A stretch of DNA of 45,128 nt from Octopus sinensis (GCF_006345805.1 NW_021834833.1:1-45128), one strand, 5' to 3'. Shown: positions 1 to 13,680, counted from the stretch's first letter. The notes: a model not told the origin generated them from the sequence alone. Translations and numbers: made by a program.

Positions 1-610
1 GTGCCAGGCGAGGCTGGCAACGCCACGGTCGGATTGGTGTATTTTATGTGCCACGGCCACGGAAGCCAGACGAGGCGGTGCTGGCATCGGCTACGAGTCG
101 GATGGTGCTTTTTACGTACCACCAGACCAGGGATCCTGGCTGGTTCGATTCGATTTTGATTTCGCTTGCCCCAACATGTCTTCGCAAGCAAGGGGGTTGG
201 CATGGGTGCCTGTTGTACGGTCAGATTGGTGTATTTTACGTGCCACCGGCACAGAAGCCAGTGGAGGCGGCAGTGGCATCGCCACGAGTCGGATAGTGCT
301 TTTTACGTACCACCAGACCAGGGAACCTGGCTGGTTCGATTCGATTTCGCTTGCCCCAACATGTCTTCGCAAGCAAGGGGGTTGGCATGGGGGCCTGTCG
401 TACGGTCAGATTGGTGTATTTTACGTGCCACCGGCACAGAAGCCAGTGGACGGCGGCGCTGGCATCGGCCACGAGTCAGATAGTGCTTTTTAGTTACGTA
501 CCACCAGACCAGGGATCCTGGCTGGTTCAATTCGATTTTGACTTCGATTTTGATTTCGCTTGCCCCAACATGTCTTCGCAAGCAAAGGGGGGTTGCATGG
601 GTGCCTGTGT
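1..610 (-). repeat. Tandem ~185-192 bp repeat (about 3 units) in the 3' UTR of an RTE LINE copy
   Basis: cggtc(a/g)gattggtg recurs at 26, 218 and 403. The array directly follows, on the minus strand, the RTE ORF end at ~694. Confidence 0.8.
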
Positions 611-639
611 CGGATGAGGTTCTATATCGACTTCGCTTG

Positions 640-1143
640 CCTCAACAGGTCTTTGTGTCCAAGGGAGGAAAGGCATTCATAAGTGGGCTGGGCTCACTTG
701 TCCTGCCTGGTCTTCTCACGTACAGAATATTTCCAAAGGTCTCGGTCGCTGGTCATTTCCTCAGTGAGGCCTAAAGTTCGAAGGTCGTGCTTCACCACCT
801 CGTCCCAGGTTTTCCTGGGTCTACCTCTTCCACGGGTTCCCTCAACTGCTAAGGATTGGCGCTTTCTCACACACCTATCTTCATCCATTCTCGCCACATG
901 ACCATACCAGCGCAATCGTCTCTCTTGACACACCCACAACTGATGCCTCTTAGTACAACATTCTCTCAAGGTGCTAACGCTCTGTCGAGTATGTACACTG
1001 ACATTACACATCCATCGGAGCATACTGGCTTCATTCCCACGAGCTTACGCATATCCTCGGCAGTCACGGCCCTGTTCACTGCCATGTAGCATGGCTGTTC
1101 GTACACACGCATCATACAGTCTGCCTTTTACTCTGAGCGAGAG
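640..1143 (-). mobile_element. RTE-clade LINE, 3' ORF fragment (5'-truncated)
   Basis: ORF 694-1023(-) reads RRLRWYGHVARMDEDRCV...GTRGRGRPRKTWDEVVKHDLRTLGL, the typical RTE C-terminus. Nearly colinear with the copy at 16680-17150. Confidence 0.9.
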
Positions 1144-1144
1144 G

Positions 1145-1175
<31 letters not shown>

Positions 1176-2382
1176 GTTGGTTAGCAAGCTACTTACCACA
1201 CAGTTAAATTTATATATATATAAGTACAAAGTGTTTATCGTTGGTCCTTTTACAATATTAGTACCTTACCCTTTTGAAATTCAAGTTGTTGCTAAAGATG
1301 TTTCAAATTTTTTTTTATATAAAAGAAAAATTTTAACAATAAAAAGAAAATGGAGAATGCATACACAGAACAATCCATACGTTTATTATAATAGTGAATT
1401 CATGCTGCCTTTGCATATTTCAGTTTATTGCTCAAACCCATATTTATGTAATTAAATTGCATTATGAATTTGAAAAAGTCAAAGCCTTCATTAAATCCTA
1501 TTTTGTAATTTATTTGTTCCAGAAAAATTGCAGAAAAATGTTGCTGAAGTTTAAAGTCTAATCCATTTTACCTAATCAGAAAACAGGATTTGGAAGCTGG
1601 TATTTTCTGCATGATAGCTGTCTATCATGAAATGAAAGCAAAGTATTTTGACGACCAAAGTTGTAAGAACTTCTGAAGTTTTAATGAACGAAGTTATCCT
1701 ACAAAATTATTGTAAAAATAAACAATCCCCCCCACTGAAATTTTAAAGCCATAAAATAAATATGTGTGTGTGTGTGTGTGGATGGATGGATGGATACATA
1801 CATGCATACATGACTAATTCATATCAATGCGAATATATAAGCATAGCACTTGATAGAAATGTGACTGCTAAAGGGTAAAAATATATGTCAGCTTTGTAGA
1901 ATACCTGATTCTAGAGATTATCTCCCTTGTTCAGTAGAGCTAAGCTTACTGGTGACGTCACATATTTTGCAAAGTCACTCTGCAAACTGTTCAATTAGAA
2001 GGAAATACAATTTTTTTGGCATTTTTACCATATGTCAAAATTAAACTAGGTATATTTGGCCCAACCTGATTTATTTTCAAACTTGTCAGATCAGGCTCCT
2101 TATTACCTACCCTACAATGCCATTCTAAAAGTAAGCAATCACTCAAAGCTATGAGATAATGCATGATTAATTCAAAACAACATGAATTAATAAGCATTGC
2201 ATTTGATAAAGTAATGTTAAAGCCAAAAGATTAGACTTTAATATTTTAGCTCTCATGTTATTTAAATATTTTTGAAACCCTGTCAAAGGTTAAAAAAATG
2301 AAATATTTTCTCAAATTATGAAAATGTATCACTGGTTGTGAATATGGTGGTTATGTGAAGTTTGCGATGAATCACTGGTGGT

Positions 2383-2620
2383 ACCGGCGAGCTGGTAGAG
2401 TCGTTAGCACGCCAGGCGAAATGCTTAGTGGTATTTCGTCTGTCGTTACGTTGTGAGTTCAAATTCCGCCGAGGTTGACTTTGCCTTTCATCCTTTCGGG
2501 GTCGATAAATTAAGTACCAGTTACGCACTAGGGTCGATGTAATCGACTTAATACCTATGTCTATCCTTGTTTGTCCCTTCTATGTTTAGCCCCTTGTGGG
2601 TAATAAAGAAATAGGTACAT
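2383..2620 (+). mobile_element. tRNA-derived SINE, family B (Deu/Nin-domain-like)
   Basis: Head ggcgagctggtagagtcgttagc, B-box-like gagttcaaattcc, and core tttgcctttcatcctttcggggtcgataaattaagtacc. More than 20 copies occur in the window. Confidence 0.8.
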
Positions 2621-2989
2621 GTGGCAGTTAATGTGTTAATTGTTTTTTTTTATGATTAAGATACATTCTCCCGAAACAAATAATTTTAATAAATCAAAAC
2701 TTCATGTTGTATGGAATTTGGTATGCCTGTATATATACCATTATCAATGTCCTCATCATTTGATGTCTGTTTACCATACTGATATAGGCTGGACAGTTTC
2801 AGAGTACCCAGTGAGTTGCAAGGCAGCAACAAGCTTCAGTGTCAGCGTTGACATGGTTTCTATGGTTAGATACCCTTCCTAATGCCAACCACTTTCACAT
2901 AGTTTACAGGGTGTTGCTTTTGTGCCACCAGCACTCAACACTGAATTAGCCATTAAGCCATTAAGTAGAATTAACATCCAAAGTAATTC

Positions 2990-3208
2990 TTTACTCTTTT
3001 ACTTGTTTCAGTCATTTGACTGCGGCCATGCTGGAGCACCGCCTTTAGTCGATCAAATCGACCCCGGGACTTATTCTTTTGTAAGCCCAGTACTTATTCT
3101 ATCAGTCTCTTTTGCCGAACCGTTAAGTAACGGGGACATAAACACACCAGCATCGGTTGTCAAGCAATGCTAGGGGACAAACACAGACATATAAACACAC
3201 ACACGCAC

Positions 3209-3239
<31 letters not shown>

Positions 3240-3403
3240 CATACGACAGGCTTCTTTCAGTTTCTGTCTACCAAATCCACTCACAAGGTTTTGGTCGGCC
3301 CGAGGCTATAGTAGAAGACACTTGCCCAAGGTGCCACACAGTGGGACTGATCCCGGAACCATGTGGTTGGTAGACAAGCTACTTACCACACAGCCACTCC
3401 TGC
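2990..3403 (-). mobile_element. tRNA-derived SINE, family A (internal TA/TG microsatellite, gtaaaaga tail)
   Basis: Reverse complement of gcaggagtggctgtgtggtaag...ggttccgggttcagtccc...ccttgggcaagt...gactgaaacaagtaaaagag. Many copies in the window. Confidence 0.85.
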
Positions 3404-3739
3404 GCCTGAGTATGATAAGTAAATCCAAATTTTGCTTAGAAGAATTTCAAGAAATCTGGAGTATAAGACAGAAACAAGAATGGCTAAGACCACATCTATT
3501 ATTGATGATTGCATCATATAATACAGATGATTGTTTCTATGGTGCCAGTGTATTTAGATACAGAAAAGGATATAAAATGCCAATCAAATTAATGTATCCA
3601 AAAGTATATGTGAGCACAACGTTATCAAGGTAATGTAAAATGGGCTAAATTCACTTTTAATTAATTTATGCAGCTGAATTTTTATCCCTCCACCCATCCT
3701 TAGATGGCAGTGTCAGCCCTCCACATAAGGCTTCAAAAC

Positions 3740-4335
3740 AGAAATGGAAATACACAAAGAGAGATGACTGCGCTGGTATGGTCATGTGTTACGTATGGAT
3801 GAGGATAGCTGTGTGAGGAAGTGCCACTCCCTAACTGTGGAAGAGGTAGATCCAAGAAGACATGGGATGAGGTGGTGAAGCATGACCTTCGAACATTGGC
3901 CTCACAGAGGCAATGACAGGAGACCAAGACCTTTAGAGATATGTTGTGATTGAGAAGACCCAGCAAACCAAAGTGAGATTGCAGTCACGCATGTCTGGCC
4001 CAGTTAAGAGTACCCCTGACGCGTCAGGCAATATGATATGCTTAAGAAGACCTGTTGAGTCAAGTAAAACCAATAAAGTAGCTATGGCCAGTACTCCCTG
4101 ACTGGCACATAAAAAGCACCATCTGAACATGATCGATGCTAGGCCCACCTGATTGGCTCCTGTGCATGTAAAAAGCACCCACTACACTCTCAGTGTGGTT
4201 GGCAATAGGAAGGGCATCCAGCTGTAGAAACATTGCCAGATCAGATTGGAGCCTGGTGCAGCTGCTGGCTCTCCAGACCTCAGTCCAACCCATGCCAGCA
4301 TGGAAAATGGATGTTAAAAGATGATGATGATGATG
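3740..4335 (+). mobile_element. RTE LINE 3' end with 3' UTR and (GAT)n tail
   Basis: Homologous to the RTE C-terminus (…agacatgggatgaggtggtgaagcatgaccttcgaacattgggcctc…-like) and ends in atgatgatgatgatg. Confidence 0.8.
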
Positions 4336-5137
4336 ATTAATTGCCAGCAATTTTAGGGCGAAGAGGTAAGTTAATTACATTGACCCAAGTGCTCAACTGG
4401 CGTTTATTTTATCAACTCTGAAAGAATGACAGGCTAAGTCAACCTCAGAGGAATTTGAACATGGAATCGAAAGATGGATGAAATGCCACTAAGCATTTTG
4501 CCTGGTATGCTAACAATCCTACCACCTTAACATGTACTATTATTGATTTGATATAAATCTATTAAACACCCAAAACTATATATATATGTATGTGTGTGTG
4601 TGTATCCTCATCATCATCATAATTTAGCATCTGCTTTCTATGTTGGCAAGGGTTAGACAGTTTGATTGGAACTAGTAAGCTGGAGAACTGCACCAAGTTC
4701 CAGTCAGATTTGACATCGTTTCAATGGCTGAATGCCCTTCCTAATGCCAACCACTCCGAGAGTGTAATGAGCGCTTTTTACATGCCATCAGTATGAGCGT
4801 TTTTATGTGCCACCAGCACGAGTGCAACTTACGTGAGACTAGCATCAACCGCAACAATGATTTCATTTGGATTGATGAGTCTTCTCAAGTACAGCATATT
4901 GTTAAAGCATATTGTTAAAGGTCTCAGTTACTTGTCATTGCCTCTGTGAGGCTCAATGTTGGAAGATCACACTTCACAACCTCATCTCATGTTTTCCTGA
5001 GTTTACCACTTCCACAGTTAGAGATTAGCACTTCTTTATACAGCTACCCCTGTCCATATGCAAACAATTGTGCTATATTTGTGGTGGCTGGGGACCCTGT
5101 CGTCTATCTACATCTGAAGGCGGCGAGCTGGCATAAA

Positions 5138-5615
5138 CATTAGCACGTCAGGCGAAATGCTTAGCGGTATTTCGTCTGCCGTTACGTTGTGAGTTCAATT
5201 TCCGCGGAGGTCGACTTTGCCTTTCATCCTTTCGGGATCGATAAATTAAGTACCAGTTACACACTGGGGTTGATATAATCGATTTAATCCCTTTGTCTGT
5301 CCTTGTTTGTCCTCTCTATGTTTAGCCCCTTGTGGATAATAAAGAAATATATCTACATCTGTCTCAGTTGCTTTCCTGGGTTGTCTGGCTTATATATTTC
5401 TTTATTGCCACAAGGGGCTAAATATAGAGGGGACAAACAAAAGACAGACAAAGGGATTAAGTCGATTACATCGACCCCAGTGCGTAACTGGTACTTTATT
5501 TATTGACCCCAAAAGGATGAAAGGCAAAGTCAACCTGGGCGGAATTTGAACTCAGAACATAACAGCAGACAAGCATTTTGCCCGGCGTGCTAACGTTTCT
5601 GCCAGCTCGCTGCCT
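5138..5615. mobile_element. Tail-to-tail inverted pair of family B SINEs
   Basis: + copy at ~5138-5345 and - copy at ~5395-5615. Confidence 0.8.
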
Positions 5616-6299
5616 TTTGTCTGGCTTATAAAAATGTGCACCAAACGGCTTTTATAGGAGACCAGGAGTGAAATCCGAGAATGTTCAAGAAAACTTGTCC
5701 ACACCATTGCTTTGAACTGATTGGTTGGTTAATTAACCAATCATGTGAAACTCTGGTGGTTTTCTTGAGATGTCTGATTGCATATTCAGGGATTTGGTTT
5801 TGAATTCCTGCTACAAACCCATAAGCACCGGCACAGTTAGAAGAGGGTAGAGGAGGAGGAGGCATCACTTTTGGGTCTGCAGTAGGCAATATGTATTTTT
5901 TGTTGGAGGCAGGAGGCAGCAAACTGAAGGGCCCCCTTAGGCAGCACACATGCTAGTACCCACAAGAATCTAATGGGATCCTCTCCCTAGTAGATGGAAA
6001 AAAAAAAAAAAAATTTAGAGAACTCCCCTTCTTCATGTCTAGAGGCTTCTTTCACATTGCACATCTTTTCTCGGTGAACTCTGATTTCAGCTCGACTGAT
6101 ATCTTGTCAGCAGAGATTTGTTAGCACAATGGGAAAATGCCCAGTAACATTTCATCCAGTTTCATGTTCAGAGTTCAAATTCCGTCGAAGTTGACCTCCT
6201 TTCGTCCTTACAGGACCGATAAAGTAAATACTAATTGAGTAATGGGGTTGATATAATCGACTTGCCCACTGCTCTGAAATCACTGACTTTCTACCAAAA

Positions 6300-6406
6300 T
6301 TTAAAACCAATATATATATACTTACATGCAAGCGTGTGTATATATACATGTACAAATAGATGCATGTGTGAATGTACATCTGTATTTATGTATATATGTA
6401 TGCATG

Positions 6407-6442
<36 letters not shown>

Positions 6443-6655
6443 TGCCCGCATGCATCTGTGTATGTATCTCTATATGTATGGGCACATGTATACATGTATG
6501 CATGCATGTATATATATAAATGTATGTATGAACTTACACTTGTGTATATGTATATATCCCTGTGTATGCATGCATGTATGTACGTACGCTCGCATGTATG
6601 TATGTATGCATGCATGTATGTATGTATGTAAGTATGTACGTACGAACGAACGTAT
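6300..6655. repeat. Compound (TA)n/(TATG)n/(ATGC)n microsatellite
   Basis: Directly visible. It generates the spurious YI/VC-rich ORFs. Confidence 0.95.
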
Positions 6656-8549
6656 GTGCCTGGTTCCTTACCTGTGTAAGACATTGCATCGAGTTGCTTC
6701 CCTCAATGTCAGAAGGAAACGAAGCCTTACGAGGCAGAGATCGGGGGGAAAAAAAAGAACCAGCCTGAAATCGATGAAGATAGAAATAATCGACCAAAGA
6801 ATCCTCAAAGAAGTTAGTGCTCCAGCTCGGTCGCCGTGGTCTAGTGTTTGAAACCAGTAAATGGTTATACAAAACTGATTATTCTCTCCGACAAGGTGCT
6901 TCGTTAAAATTAATAATTGGTGTATTTCACTGTTACACTGGACAGAAAAAATAATAATAAAATGAAATTATGGATGTGTGGTAAGAATTTTACGCCCCGA
7001 CCAGTTTCAGACACATTGCGTGGCACCTTGGGCAAGTATTTTCTACTATAAGCCTCAGAGGGCCCAAATGCTTTGTGCGTACATTTGGTAGACAGAAACT
7101 GAAAGGTTTCTCTGTGTATGTTTTGGTGTTTATCTTCCACCGTTTGAAACCGGTGTTAGTTTGTTTACGTCCCCATAAACTGACTGTGTGGCGAAGCTTA
7201 AAAAATAAGTACTCGGGGTCGTCGATTCGTTCGACTAAAACCCTTCAAAGTGGTGCCCTAGTGTGACCGAAGTCCAATGACTGAAACAAATAAAAGATAG
7301 AAGATGAATGATTTAAAGGAACGTAAAAACTGAAGAAAGAAAAACAACCGCATCAACAGTTTCAATCCCATCTATTACGGCTTTATAATTTATTTTTGTG
7401 CTTATCGCACCAGAAAATGCTAATTTTATGATTTTCTGTACAGTTAATTAGTATCTTTTAAAAATATTAGTTGAAAAAGAAAAAAAAAAACTTTATGTAA
7501 AAGAACCTAATTATTAATTAGTATTTATATTAAATTACATAGTTCTTTAATTTTTCTTTCTTTTATTACTTGGACAATTCTTGATCGTTATTTACAATTT
7601 ATAACGAAAAAGTTAAGAAATCAAGAAAAGTATCGATCAGCGAAATCTAATATGTCATTCGATCATTTGATGATTATATATATTTATCGATCGATTTGAT
7701 TTGACAACGAAATGTTTGTCGTAACAACTGCAATCAACTGTTAATTCTAGTTTTTTTTTTTTAAATAAAAGACAATAAAGTTGTATATTTTCACAACTTT
7801 AAAAAATGCTTTCTGTATATATCAAAAATATCTTTTTTAAAGTTGTGGAAATACACAACTTTTAAATGAAATTATACTTCGATTACAATATATATATAAT
7901 TACGTTTCTTTTTCAAGTTATGAAAAAACGGAATAAAAACGTTATGTAAACATATTTCATGTTATTGAAGGAAGAATATTCGCAGGTATATATTATATAT
8001 ATATAAATTGTACACATTTATTTCAAATAATAATAAATTTCGTTTATTGAAAAAGTGCTCCAGCACGGCCGCAGTTCAATGACTAACACGAAAAAGTAAT
8101 ATCAATATCTAATATATATATATATATACATATTAAATTGTATACTTTATTTTCAAAAATAGAATAGCTAAGTAATTTTGATCAAATCAACTACTTTTAT
8201 TTCGAGTTATGAAAAGGTTTGAAATGTTCTGTCAAAAAAAAAAGAAATAAACAAAACCTCTTAAATAATTAGATAAAACCTTCTGGAAAGAAAAAAAAAT
8301 GTTGACAAGAAATTATTTGTTGGAATCATCGTTGTTCTAATTAAGGTCAGCTATAGTAGTAATAATAGAAATAATAGGAATGATATTAATAGTGGTGGTG
8401 GTGGTACAAATAGTAACAAGGGTTACTATGTATTATTATTGGGCTGGGTAGCTTATTCTTACACTGTGTATATACACACACACATATATATATATGTATA
8501 TATATATATACATATAATACGTACACAGATGATGTGTTAATGTGTACGA

Positions 8550-8585
<36 letters not shown>

Positions 8586-8831
8586 GTGTGTTAGTTTGAA
8601 TGCGTGTGTGTATGTGTGTGTAACTGTGTATATATTTACAGGCATACAGAAATTGTGTATGTTTATGTGTATATATGTATGTGCGTATGTATATGTGTGT
8701 GTATATATATATATATCATTCATTGGCGAAGAACAGTTATCCTGGATAAACGACTCCCATCATGCAACACTCTGTTGTTAGTGAGCTGGGAGTCACATGC
8801 ATATTACATGTTGACTACTATCTCCCAAAGA

Positions 8832-9058
8832 ATGACCGAACGTGGCCAAAATTGGACCGACAACGAGACATTTGAACTCATTAATGTTTGGGGCGAAGAG
8901 GAAATCCAAGAGGGACTCGAAAGCTGTAGGAATAGACATATTTATGAACTTATACGCCAGAAGTTATTGGAAAGGGGTATTCAAAGGACAGTCCCTCAGG
9001 TTAAGGAACGGATGAGAACTTTGAAGAAGACTTATAAAAAATATATCGATATCGAGAG
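8832..9058 (+). CDS. Myb/SANT-like trihelix DNA-binding-domain exon 1a (alternative first coding exon, or orphan paralog)
   Basis: MTERGQNWTDNETFELINVWGEEEIQEGLESCRNRHIYELIRQKLLERGIQRTVPQVKERMRTLKKTYKKYIDIE followed by AG|GTATGA donor (phase 2). W..W..Y/R spacing matches Myb_DNA-bind_4. 49/76 identical to exon 27188-27417. Confidence 0.85.
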
Positions 9059-10612
9059 GTATGAGGCATGTTTTATAAAACCATTATTGTTGCTGTTTTG
9101 AAACTATCTATGCTCGATTATCTTATTTGTCCACATAAAAAAAGCCCTTGCTGTTGGAAATTAAAAACATTCCAAAGTAACGAAATACTTATATATTTTC
9201 TCTCTTTCCCGTTCAGCATATCTATCAGATTTTGTTTTTAGGTTAACATTATATGCAATCGTAATGTTTAGTGAAAGATCGGAAGTAATATTGCTTAAGG
9301 AAACAACGTTTATATTTGCTTTAGGAACTGAGAAGAACCTCAGGCACCTCCCCCTTTATAAGCTTGTGGTTACTCTTACATCAGAAGCCTGCAAATGTTA
9401 TTAAAACTCTTGAAATAAAATAATGGTTTTTTATGGCTTGTCAAGAACCGACCAGGACAAATCGATTTATTACTATCAATGATAAATATTAGATGTGTGT
9501 ATATATATATTTGAGAAAATTTTACACTCTATCATGTAAATACGTGGTGAGCTTAACCGGTGCTTGGTCACTGTTGTTTCCTCTTAAATATTTACTGTTA
9601 TAGCATTTCATTATTTACTTTTCTAATCATCTAAATATATATATATATATAGTTTGTATACTAATTGATTGATTCTAATTTTAACAGTTATATAATTGTA
9701 CTGTGTTTGGTGGTAAATTTAAAAACAATTATTTTTTTTTTCAAAAACAAATTGAGAAATATCCGGTTTTTAAATGAGAGTTATTTCCCCCTGTTTTGGA
9801 GTGGTTGGAGACACACATACGCATTCACACATTTACGCACATACACAAAAAATTTTTCATTTCTACTCGCCAACTAATTATTAATAGCGTTGTTATTAAT
9901 TTACTAATTGTTTTTTCATTATCAAAAACTCTCGACCAACCATTGCTTGCCGTTTTAACGTAGGTTATAGTTAAAATACTACGACATTTAAATATTTGTT
10001 TGATTGGCAGAATCGTTGAAACGTCGGACAAAATGCCTTGCAGTATTTCTTCCGGCCTTTTGTGATCTCACTTCAAATCCCGACGTGGTCAGCTTTGTCT
10101 TTCATTCGTCTGGAATCGATAAAATACAGGACCAGTCAAGTACTTGGGTCGACGTACTCTTCAAATTTCTACTGCAGTGCTTATGTTGAAGATTAAGGGT
10201 AATGGCTTGATAAATCTTTAAAGCGTTTGGCAAAATATCTTGCGGTATTTATTCAATTTCTTTATAGTTCAAGTCCCGTCGAGGTCAGTTTTGCCTTTCT
10301 TCCTTGTTCGGTAAAAATAGTCAAATATTAGTTTTAAATTTTGGCACAAGGCCAGCAATTTCGGGGGAGGGGGTAAGTCAGTTACATCGACCACAGTGCT
10401 CAACTGGTGCTTATTTTATAGACCTCGAACTGATGAAAGGCAAACTCGACCTCGGCGGAACTTAAACGTAAAAACGGACGAAATGCCGCTGAGCACTTTG
10501 TCCGGAGTGCTGATGATTCTACCATTAAGCGGCTTTGAAAAACAGCCAAGTATTATGAACAGTATAACTGTTCCTTCCCCTGTATGATTTGCCTTTTATT
10601 TAGGTAATTGAC

Positions 10613-10752
10613 GCAGGCGTGGCTGTGTGGTAAGAAGCTTGCTTCCCAACCATACGGTTCCGTGTTCAGTCCCACTGCGTGTCACCTTGAGCAAGTGTCT
10701 TCTACTATAGCCTCAGGCGGAGCAAAGCCTTGTGAGTGGATCTGGTAGACTA
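10613..10752 (+). mobile_element. Family A SINE, 5' half
   Basis: gcaggcgtggctgtgtggtaagaagcttgcttcccaacc…ccttgtgagtggatctggtagac. Confidence 0.75.
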
Positions 10753-10954
10753 AACACCTTCCCCTCAAAATTGCTGGACTCGTGCCTAAACTTGAAATTA
10801 TTAAAAAAGATGGCTTAGCAGAATTATTAGAATGTAGGAGAAAATGCCTTGTAGTCTTTGTGGTTTTCTATATTCTAAGTTCAATTCAACCACATTTTCA
10901 ACAAAGAACTGCGTGCATGTATGCATTATCCTGCAGCCTCCCACCTCATAGTTC

Positions 10955-11180
10955 ATCCATTGCATGCGCTTGTACGGACATATCCTCTGTCTCCTCGCTA
11001 GATCATCCTACCAGGGCTTTACTCTCATTCAATGCAGCAGCTGCGGGCTGGGAGAGGCCTCATGGCAGGCCCCACACCAGATGGCTGCATGTGACCAGGG
11101 AAGATCTGCAGAGGCTTGACATCACCTTGGAGGATGCAGAGGAGCTGGCATGGGACAACCAGCAATGGTGGACCTGGTCA
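10955..11180 (+). mobile_element. RTE-type LINE C-terminal fragment
   Basis: Translation GWERPHGRPHTRWLHVTREDLQRLDITLEDAEELAWDNQQW matches the RTE GRP..RW C-terminal motif. Confidence 0.7.
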
Positions 11181-11714
11181 TCTCTATGCATGTTGATGTC
11201 TCTGGGACCACTAACATGGGATGACCCCAGCCTCATCAAGCAAGAGCATGAAGCAGCAGCATCCTTTCACGGTAAAGTAGCAGTCATATACTGGGGATCA
11301 GTGGTATGGACTAAGCACCTACCTTCAAAATTGCTGGGCTTATGTCTAAATTAGAAGCAATTATATTGCCAGCCATGTGTCTCCTCTACATCAAAACACC
11401 TATCTCTATCCATCTATTATGTTTTAACCGCTTGTCAACCTGCATAAAGCCACCTCACTTAATACTACTTACCTATCTGGTTGAGGGGGGTGTCTTTCTC
11501 TTGCTGCTTATTTGGTAACCCTTGCTGGTGTTGGTACCACATAAAAAGCACCCAGTACACGCTGTAAAGTGGTTAGTATTAGGAAGGGCATCTAGATGTA
11601 GAAATTATGCCTAAGTAGACAGAGCTTGGTACAGTCCTCTCTTTGTCAGCATGGAAAACGGATGTTGAATGATGACAATCAATGATACAATTTTTTTTTG
11701 TTGGTTTTTAAGCT

Positions 11715-12015
11715 GAGCACTTATTCTATCAGTCTCCTTTGCCGATCCACTAAGTTATTGAGATGTAAACACACTAACACTGGTTGTCAAGTGGTGGTGA
11801 GGGTCAAACACAAACACGCACAGATATATGTATACACACACACACACACACAAATAATAGGCTTCTTTCGGTTTCCATCTATCAAATCCACTCACAAGGC
11901 TTTGGTTGGCCTGAGGCTATAGTAGAAGACCCTTGTCTACGGTGCCACACACTGGGACTGAACCCAGAACCATGTAGTTGGGAAGCAAGCTTCTTACTGC
12001 ACAGCTATGCTTGCG
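11715..12015 (-). mobile_element. Family A SINE
   Basis: Reverse complement of the family A consensus with an internal (CA)n tract. Confidence 0.8.
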
Positions 12016-12145
12016 CCTAATTAGTAAATCAGCATTGTTTTTATGTCCACTTTTCCATGATTGCAAGGTGGGTGGAGAGTGGGGTGATGAATGGAATTTG
12101 TTGAGGCAGATTTTCTAAAGCTGGATACCCTTCTTTTGTCTGAGC

Positions 12146-12990
12146 AAGGCGGCGATCTGGCAGAAACGTTAGCACGCCGGGGGAAATGCTTAGCAGTATT
12201 TCATCTGCCGCTACGTTCTGAGTTCAAATTCCACCGAGGTTGACTTTGCCTTTCATCCTTTCGGGGTCGATTAAATGAGTAGCAGTTACATACTGGAGTC
12301 GATATAAACGACTTGATCCGTTTGTCTGTCCTTGTTTGTCCTCTCTGTGTGTAGCCCTTGTGGGTAGTAAAGCAATAGGTAATACTTCCTCATGTTGAAA
12401 GCAGGGAGCTGGCAGAATTGTTATCACACCTGGGCAAAATGCTTAATGGCATTTCATCTGTGTTAACATTCTGAATTCAGTTTCCATTGAGGTCAACTTT
12501 GCCTTTCATCCTTTCGTGATCGATAAATTAAGTACCAGTGAAACACTGGGGTTGATGTAATCAACTTAGCCACTCTCTCCAAAATATGAGACCTTTATTA
12601 TTATTATTATTATAAACAGTGGCAAGTTGGCAGATTTGTTAGCATGCCAGGCAAAATGCTTAGTGGTATTTCGTCTGCCGCTACGTTCTGAGTTCAAATT
12701 CCGCCGAGGTCAACTTTGCCTTTCATCCTTTTGGGGTTGATTAAATAAGTACCAGTTACGCACTGGGGTCGATATAATCGACTTAATCCATTTGTCTGTT
12801 CTTGTTTGTCCTCTCTGTGTTTAGCCCCTTGTGGGCAGTAAAGAAATTGGTATTTTATCCAGTCTTACATTCTGAGTTCAAATTCCACTAAGGTCGACTT
12901 TGCCTTTCATCCTTTTGGGGTCAGTAAAATAAGTACCAGTTGAACATTGGGGGTCAAAGTAATCACTTGTTCCCTCAACTTACTGGTACA
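12146..12990 (+). mobile_element. Head-to-tail cluster of about 4 family B SINEs
   Basis: Repeated ggcag(a)…gagttcaaattcc…tttgcctttcatccttt units, partly separated by (ATT)n. Confidence 0.8.
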
Positions 12991-13530
12991 GTTTGATGAT
13001 GTGATTGTTTCTTTATAGAATAACATTGCAGAATAGGTGTGAAAGGCCAGATCAGACCATTTTAAACATAAAACAGGAAAAATATTTGGGCTGAATATGG
13101 CTGGTTTAGAGGCTAGTGGGTCAAACAACAATAAAAATGGATCTTGGTTATGATTTCATGTTGTGACTTTTCAGTTTACTCAACTGGAACTTCCTGCTCA
13201 TTAAATTTCCATATTTGATTGCATATAGACACACTTTTTCTTTTCTTTTTTTTTATATCTCAAAAAATGTCACCCTACACTCTATATGTGAAGGTGGATC
13301 TCTATTGGATTGCCTATGTTTAGTCCACTGTAGGACAAAGGCCTCAGCATGTTTTCTCCACCCAACTAGAGTCTGATGTGGGGGCTGTGAGTTTGAGCTG
13401 GAGATCAAACTGGTTTGATGAGCCTACTCTGCCATACTGGCTCAACATGGCTTGGCAGAGAGATGCAGTTTTTTTGGGGGGTTGCTCATGTTCAGTCCAC
13501 TACTGTACAAGGCTCTCCGCATGTTCTCTC

Positions 13531-13680
13531 CACCCAACCATGGTTTTCGGGTGTGTTTCGAATGAGGGCAACATCATGCCGTCCCACATCTTTGAAAAGG
13601 GCCTCAAGATAAATTCAGATAGCTATGTGAAGCCACTGGAGACTGTGGTTAAACCTTGGCTGGAGAGGATTGCTGCTGGG
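13531..13680 (+). mobile_element. Tc1/mariner-superfamily (maT/DD37D-like) transposase fragment
   Basis: HPTMVFGCVSNEGNIMPSHIFEKGLKINSDSYVKPLETVVKPWLERIAAG. Confidence 0.75.

Noticed and set aside
3407-3633. Possible coding exon (KFCLEEFQEIWSIRQKQEW…) with donor CAAG|GTAATG
   Set aside because: No convincing acceptor or start (it abuts a SINE), no recognisable domain and no partner exon.
5626-6110. Minus-strand ORF 5626-5949 and adjacent unique sequence
   Set aside because: No recognisable domain or splice framework. Left unassigned.
6235-6872. Long YI/VC/HT-rich ORFs here and at 24968-25700, 35113-35483 and 43332-44865
   Set aside because: They are translations of TA/TG/CA microsatellites.
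9190-9360. Private exon 2 for exon 1a
   Set aside because: Acceptors ttcccgttcag|C and ttgctttag|G give SISIRFCF* and an immediate stop, with no CxFF/LDxxLG motif. They cannot be excluded as short terminal exons.
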